From a virus (taxonomy: Duplodnaviria; Caudoviricetes): a stretch of DNA of 29,737 nt. A model generated the notes under the pieces. It ran no database searches. It saw only the letters and a list, made by a program, of their open reading frames with translations, and was not told the DNA's origin. Location: positions 1 to 29,737 of the IMG/VR virus record IMGVR_UViG_3300019875_000004. The stretch is one strand, 5' to 3'. The position numbers were made by a program, and so were the translations under genes. Below, one piece after another: positions 26,259-29,737 of this stretch; position 1 is the first letter of the stretch; each line of letters begins with the position of its first letter.

Positions 26259-27893
26259 CTAGTACCCCGTGGCCACGTTGCGCATGCTCTCCAACTCACG
26301 TTCGTAGGCTTCCAGCTCTTCCTCGGTGCTTTGCAAATCTACGTTCCACAGCTCTAAGCCCTGCGAAAGCGCATCCAAACCGTCCTTGAGCCCCCGAGGC
26401 CAGGCCGAATATTCCTCGATAAGCTCGAAAAACCCGCGCTGCATAAAGATTTGGCCAGCTTTGAACAGTGGCTGCAAACCTTTAATGCGCCGTTCCCCGT
26501 CCTTGTCGCCCTTCGGCATATAAGGACGATAGTTGACTTCGGGTGAATTGTTTGGATCCCGTTCGATCCGTTCGTCAATCCAATACTTGAGCATTTTTTG
26601 GAGCCCGTTTGCTTCGATGGAGAAGATTTCGGGCTCCCACTGCTTTTGCTGCCTGAAGATTTCGTCAATGATTTTGTCCGTCGGCGCTCTCTTAATCCAA
26701 GCATCAAGGATATAGATGCGAGGAAACCGAGGATCAACGGCAGTTGTGATGACCGCGGCACGACTACCTCTGAACTTATTGGAGCCACCAGCATGCGGAT
26801 CGCACATCGAAATCCGCTCGAGGCTTCTGGTGTCTATCACCTCGATGACGCCTGAACCTCGATCGACCGAGATTAAGCCTTGGTCATTCCTCAGCTCGTA
26901 GAACCGAAGATACTTGTCGGAGAAGTATGCATTCTCCGCACTCTTCGGGTTATTGGCGTACTGTGCCGCATATCGTTCCGGGTTTTTCTCACGAAGTCTG
27001 GTAAAGAACTCGATGGGGTATCCGTTGATGATTTTGCCGGCTGCATCTCGGGAAACTGGGAAGATCGGCTCCCCATCCTCCACAGCGCCGCGGCGAAATA
27101 CAGCAAGAGAACCGCGCTGATAAGAGTAAGGCCCAGTCTTGACCGGCTCCTTGTGGTCCCCATAGAAGTCTTCCGCGTAGGCATAAACGTCGTCAGTCCG
27201 CCAATACGTAGACGGAATATCCATCAAGGTGTCATCAAGCGGTGGAACGAACAACGCCTCAAGGTTGGAGAACCACTCGATCTTCTTGGACATCTCTGCT
27301 TCGGAGAAGAACTCGTCCTCTCCAATCAGATCGTCCGCGTTGATGGTGTCATAGTGACGGGAGACTACCGCGCCACCAGCACCGATCGCATCGAAAGTTG
27401 GTTCGCCGTGGAGGGCAGGCGTCCCCTGGGCGTCTTGCGGCAGGAAAAGACTTTCCTGTGACCACTTCGGCGCCATTGCAGTCTCTTCCCAAACTCGATC
27501 TGGGAATAACCAGCGCAGAAGCCTGTTCGATTCAAACTGGTTCTTAATCTTACCCAGGTGCTTCCAGGCATTTGGTCCGGTATCACCTACGATCAGGATG
27601 CGCCGAGAAGGATCGTTTAGGACTTCCTTCGTTCGGTGAACTACCGTGACACAAATGGTCTTAAAATGCGACCTGGGCATCTGGATCAACCTGCGATTTA
27701 CCTTGCAGGTGTCCAGAAAAGTGCAGAGAGGCCCGTGCGTATTCGGCACGAGCTTCGTGTAACCCATCACGTTCGTGGCGAGGTAATACGTGTCCGTTAG
27801 GGCACGAAACCTCATCATATCCTTCACCCTCGCGGGTACGGACCCTAGATCATTGAGGTCTAGGGGATTGAACCCGCGAAGATCCACCGACAT
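26259..27893 (-). CDS. terL: Terminase large subunit
   Basis: Walker A PRSHFKT, Walker B INADDL, STYW..DD.Y, YAAQY.NNP, nuclease CDP...IE.NG.Q...K..RI..LQP...DGLDAL. Confidence 0.93.
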   Translation of the reverse strand: MSVDLRGFNPLDLNDLGSVPARVKDMMRFRALTDTYYLATNVMGYTKLVPNTHGPLCTFLDTCKVNRRLIQMPRSHFKTICVTVVHRTKEVLNDPSRRILIVGDTGPNAWKHLGKIKNQFESNRLLRWLFPDRVWEETAMAPKWSQESLFLPQDAQGTPALHGEPTFDAIGAGGAVVSRHYDTINADDLIGEDEFFSEAEMSKKIEWFSNLEALFVPPLDDTLMDIPSTYWRTDDVYAYAEDFYGDHKEPVKTGPYSYQRGSLAVFRRGAVEDGEPIFPVSRDAAGKIINGYPIEFFTRLREKNPERYAAQYANNPKSAENAYFSDKYLRFYELRNDQGLISVDRGSGVIEVIDTRSLERISMCDPHAGGSNKFRGSRAAVITTAVDPRFPRIYILDAWIKRAPTDKIIDEIFRQQKQWEPEIFSIEANGLQKMLKYWIDERIERDPNNSPEVNYRPYMPKGDKDGERRIKGLQPLFKAGQIFMQRGFFELIEEYSAWPRGLKDGLDALSQGLELWNVDLQSTEEELEAYERELESMRNVATGY

Positions 27894-28309
27894 CAGTTAC
27901 CGTAGACCTCACCTTCCGTGAACGTGGCGCCAGCACCGCCGGCGACGACGATCGTGATGACCCCGAGCTGTTCGCCGGCAATCGCCGTGAATGCAACCGT
28001 CTGTCTCACGGTCGTGGCCATTCCACCGACTCCGCCAGCAGCCGTGATGACCGTCACTCCGTCCAGCATGAGCGAACCGCCGGACGTCGTGACCGTGCCG
28101 GAACCGAAGGTCGCCTTGAGCAGAGCCGTCAGCTTGTTCTGGAGACCGACCAGCGGGACGATGCAGCTATAGGTACCGTTCGGCAGCAACTGCCCGACCA
28201 GCCGCGAACCTACCACAACCGTGCTGACACTCGAGGCGTCAACGGTCAGGTAGTCCTGGATACCCAGTGCCGTCTGCTTGTACTGGTCGTTGATGTTCGG
28301 ACGGTACAT
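27893..28309 (-). CDS. Hypothetical beta-rich protein, probably virion-associated (138 aa)
   Basis: AGGA SD, TGATG coupling to terL, Gly/Thr/Val-rich composition unlike a helical small terminase. Confidence 0.6.
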   Translation of the reverse strand: MYRPNINDQYKQTALGIQDYLTVDASSVSTVVVGSRLVGQLLPNGTYSCIVPLVGLQNKLTALLKATFGSGTVTTSGGSLMLDGVTVITAAGGVGGMATTVRQTVAFTAIAGEQLGVITIVVAGGAGATFTEGEVYGN

Positions 28310-28317
28310 GTCAGTCC

Positions 28318-29712
28318 TTATGGGATATTGATGCCAGTGACTGGGCCAAAGTACATGCCCGAGGAGCCCCAGATGAATCCGAGAATGCCAGCACGGAACG
28401 CATTGTCAGCGACCGTGATCGAGGCCGCGGTATCCACTCGCAGCAGGGTGAGCTGTGTCGGAGTGACCGTCAGGCGGAAAGGAACTGGCGTACCGACCAC
28501 AAATGGGACCGCGGCTCCTGGGCCAGCGATCGTTGTGGAGGCAGCCAGCGCCACATACTTGTCGATGGAGAAAGCACCGTTCTGCCGAAAGACTAGGCCG
28601 TAACCGTTGAACCCTGCCGACACCGGCGCAAAGGCTTTGACCAACCCGTCTTGTTGCAGGGCAAACTGAATCGCGCCGTAACGAGTCGCGTCACCGTTCG
28701 CCACGCGCAGGATGACATTGAAGTCCAGCTGGTAACTCTGGGCTGCGAGAGGCAAAGGCCTTGCTTGGCAGTACGCACCCACGACGTTGTTCAGGGCGGT
28801 GGGCATTCCCACCTCGCCGTTGAACGGTCTGGGAGAATTCACCGATGGCAGGTTGGCACCATCAATCACCCAATCGTCGCCCCACATCCATTTCGATTGA
28901 CCGGTCCACGTTTCGTTGAATGGCTTAGGCGCATCCAACTTACCGCGGACCATGAACTCTGGCCGATTCGTGAAGATGTGGTCGGCACCAGCTGCCTGAG
29001 CGATCGCTAGGTTCGCAAGCGAGTCGACCACATACGGGACGAACTTGAGGCCCAACGCATGCCCACTGTCGAACACCGCACGGGTCACCCAGGCATCCGT
29101 GACGTCCATCCCAACGTACTTAATCCCGGCAGCTGCGATCGTGGCGAACGAAGGCTGAGCCGAACCAGTGTTGAAGGCGACCAACAGATTGATGCCAGGA
29201 TTGTCAGCCGCGATCTGCGCCAGGACAGTATACGGCGCCGCCTCGAACATCTGGACGATTGCACGGTGAAGCTGGTTCTTAGCCTTCAGCGCAGCTACGA
29301 CGGCCTGCGCTCCGGCGAGATTCGTCACCTCAATCTCGGGGGCCATCCATCCGTTGTTCGCGGCGATACCATCAATCATGTCATTGAATCGCGACGCCTT
29401 AGCTGCCGCATATCCAACGCTATTATATTGGTTGTACAGCATGGCATCGAGTGCCGCTGCCGTAAACGCCGTGATGGCGCCCGTATTCGGCGGAAGAGTA
29501 CGATCGACCGTTGTGTCGTGCAGGCCGAATAACACACCGTCCGAACTTGCCCGGATATCGCCTTCGGCCACATACCCTTTCTGCGCCGCCAGTATCCACG
29601 CTTCGGTAGAATCTTCTGGCGCCTGCATCGACATGCCTCGGTGCGCCCATGCGTAGGAGGGCCCGAAAGCTCTCCTACGCAAAATAGCCCATTCCGCGGG
29701 GGTTGGACTCAT
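28318..29712 (-). CDS. Glycerophosphodiester phosphodiesterase (GDPD) with C-terminal beta-sandwich domain
   Basis: AHRG....APEDS..A, EGDIR.S.DG....LHD.TVDRT, YVVD, GAD.IFTN.P (TIM-barrel GDPD), then ~200 aa of beta-strand sequence resembling a ConA/lectin-type fold. Confidence 0.88.
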   Translation of the reverse strand: MSPTPAEWAILRRRAFGPSYAWAHRGMSMQAPEDSTEAWILAAQKGYVAEGDIRASSDGVLFGLHDTTVDRTLPPNTGAITAFTAAALDAMLYNQYNSVGYAAAKASRFNDMIDGIAANNGWMAPEIEVTNLAGAQAVVAALKAKNQLHRAIVQMFEAAPYTVLAQIAADNPGINLLVAFNTGSAQPSFATIAAAGIKYVGMDVTDAWVTRAVFDSGHALGLKFVPYVVDSLANLAIAQAAGADHIFTNRPEFMVRGKLDAPKPFNETWTGQSKWMWGDDWVIDGANLPSVNSPRPFNGEVGMPTALNNVVGAYCQARPLPLAAQSYQLDFNVILRVANGDATRYGAIQFALQQDGLVKAFAPVSAGFNGYGLVFRQNGAFSIDKYVALAASTTIAGPGAAVPFVVGTPVPFRLTVTPTQLTLLRVDTAASITVADNAFRAGILGFIWGSSGMYFGPVTGINIP

Positions 29713-29737
29713 GGTGTATTCACATCAGCGATGGTCC

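Noticed and set aside
1764-27893. Inteins or introns in polymerase, portal or terminase
   Set aside because: Motif spacing and lengths are normal, with no splice-junction motifs or embedded endonuclease.
1-29737. Stop-codon reassignment
   Set aside because: Core genes are full length under the standard bacterial code, and TAA, TAG and TGA all end genes at tight junctions.

Overview
The whole window is tailed-phage DNA (Caudoviricetes, podovirus-like gene set). I see no host genes, integrase, tRNA, rRNA or CRISPR array. It holds two tightly packed, converging operons. The + strand (1-5877) is a DNA metabolism/replication module: N4/N6 DNA methyltransferase (probably 5'-truncated by the window edge), MazG-like NTP pyrophosphatase, HD-domain deoxynucleotidase, a family-4 uracil-DNA-glycosylase/3'-5' exonuclease/family A polymerase fusion with His at the 762-equivalent position, an HNH-like protein and a DUF3987-type P-loop helicase-like protein. 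The - strand (29712 to 5765) is a late module: glycerophosphodiester phosphodiesterase (GDPD), terminase large subunit, portal, scaffold, capsid and decoration proteins, a small Acb2/Tad1-like helical protein, holin-like proteins, adaptor, M15 endolysin, tail fibre, tail nozzle, a RimJ/RimL-type GNAT and three internal virion/ejection proteins. The best leads are (i) the nucleotide-pool plus UDG-polymerase cluster, (ii) a GNAT coupled to an MG-starting pilot protein (possible phage-encoded N-acylation of an entry protein), (iii) a candidate immune-signal sponge inside the capsid cluster and (iv) recurring RNA hairpin/leader motifs in the late operon. All calls come from motif recognition by eye; no searches were run.
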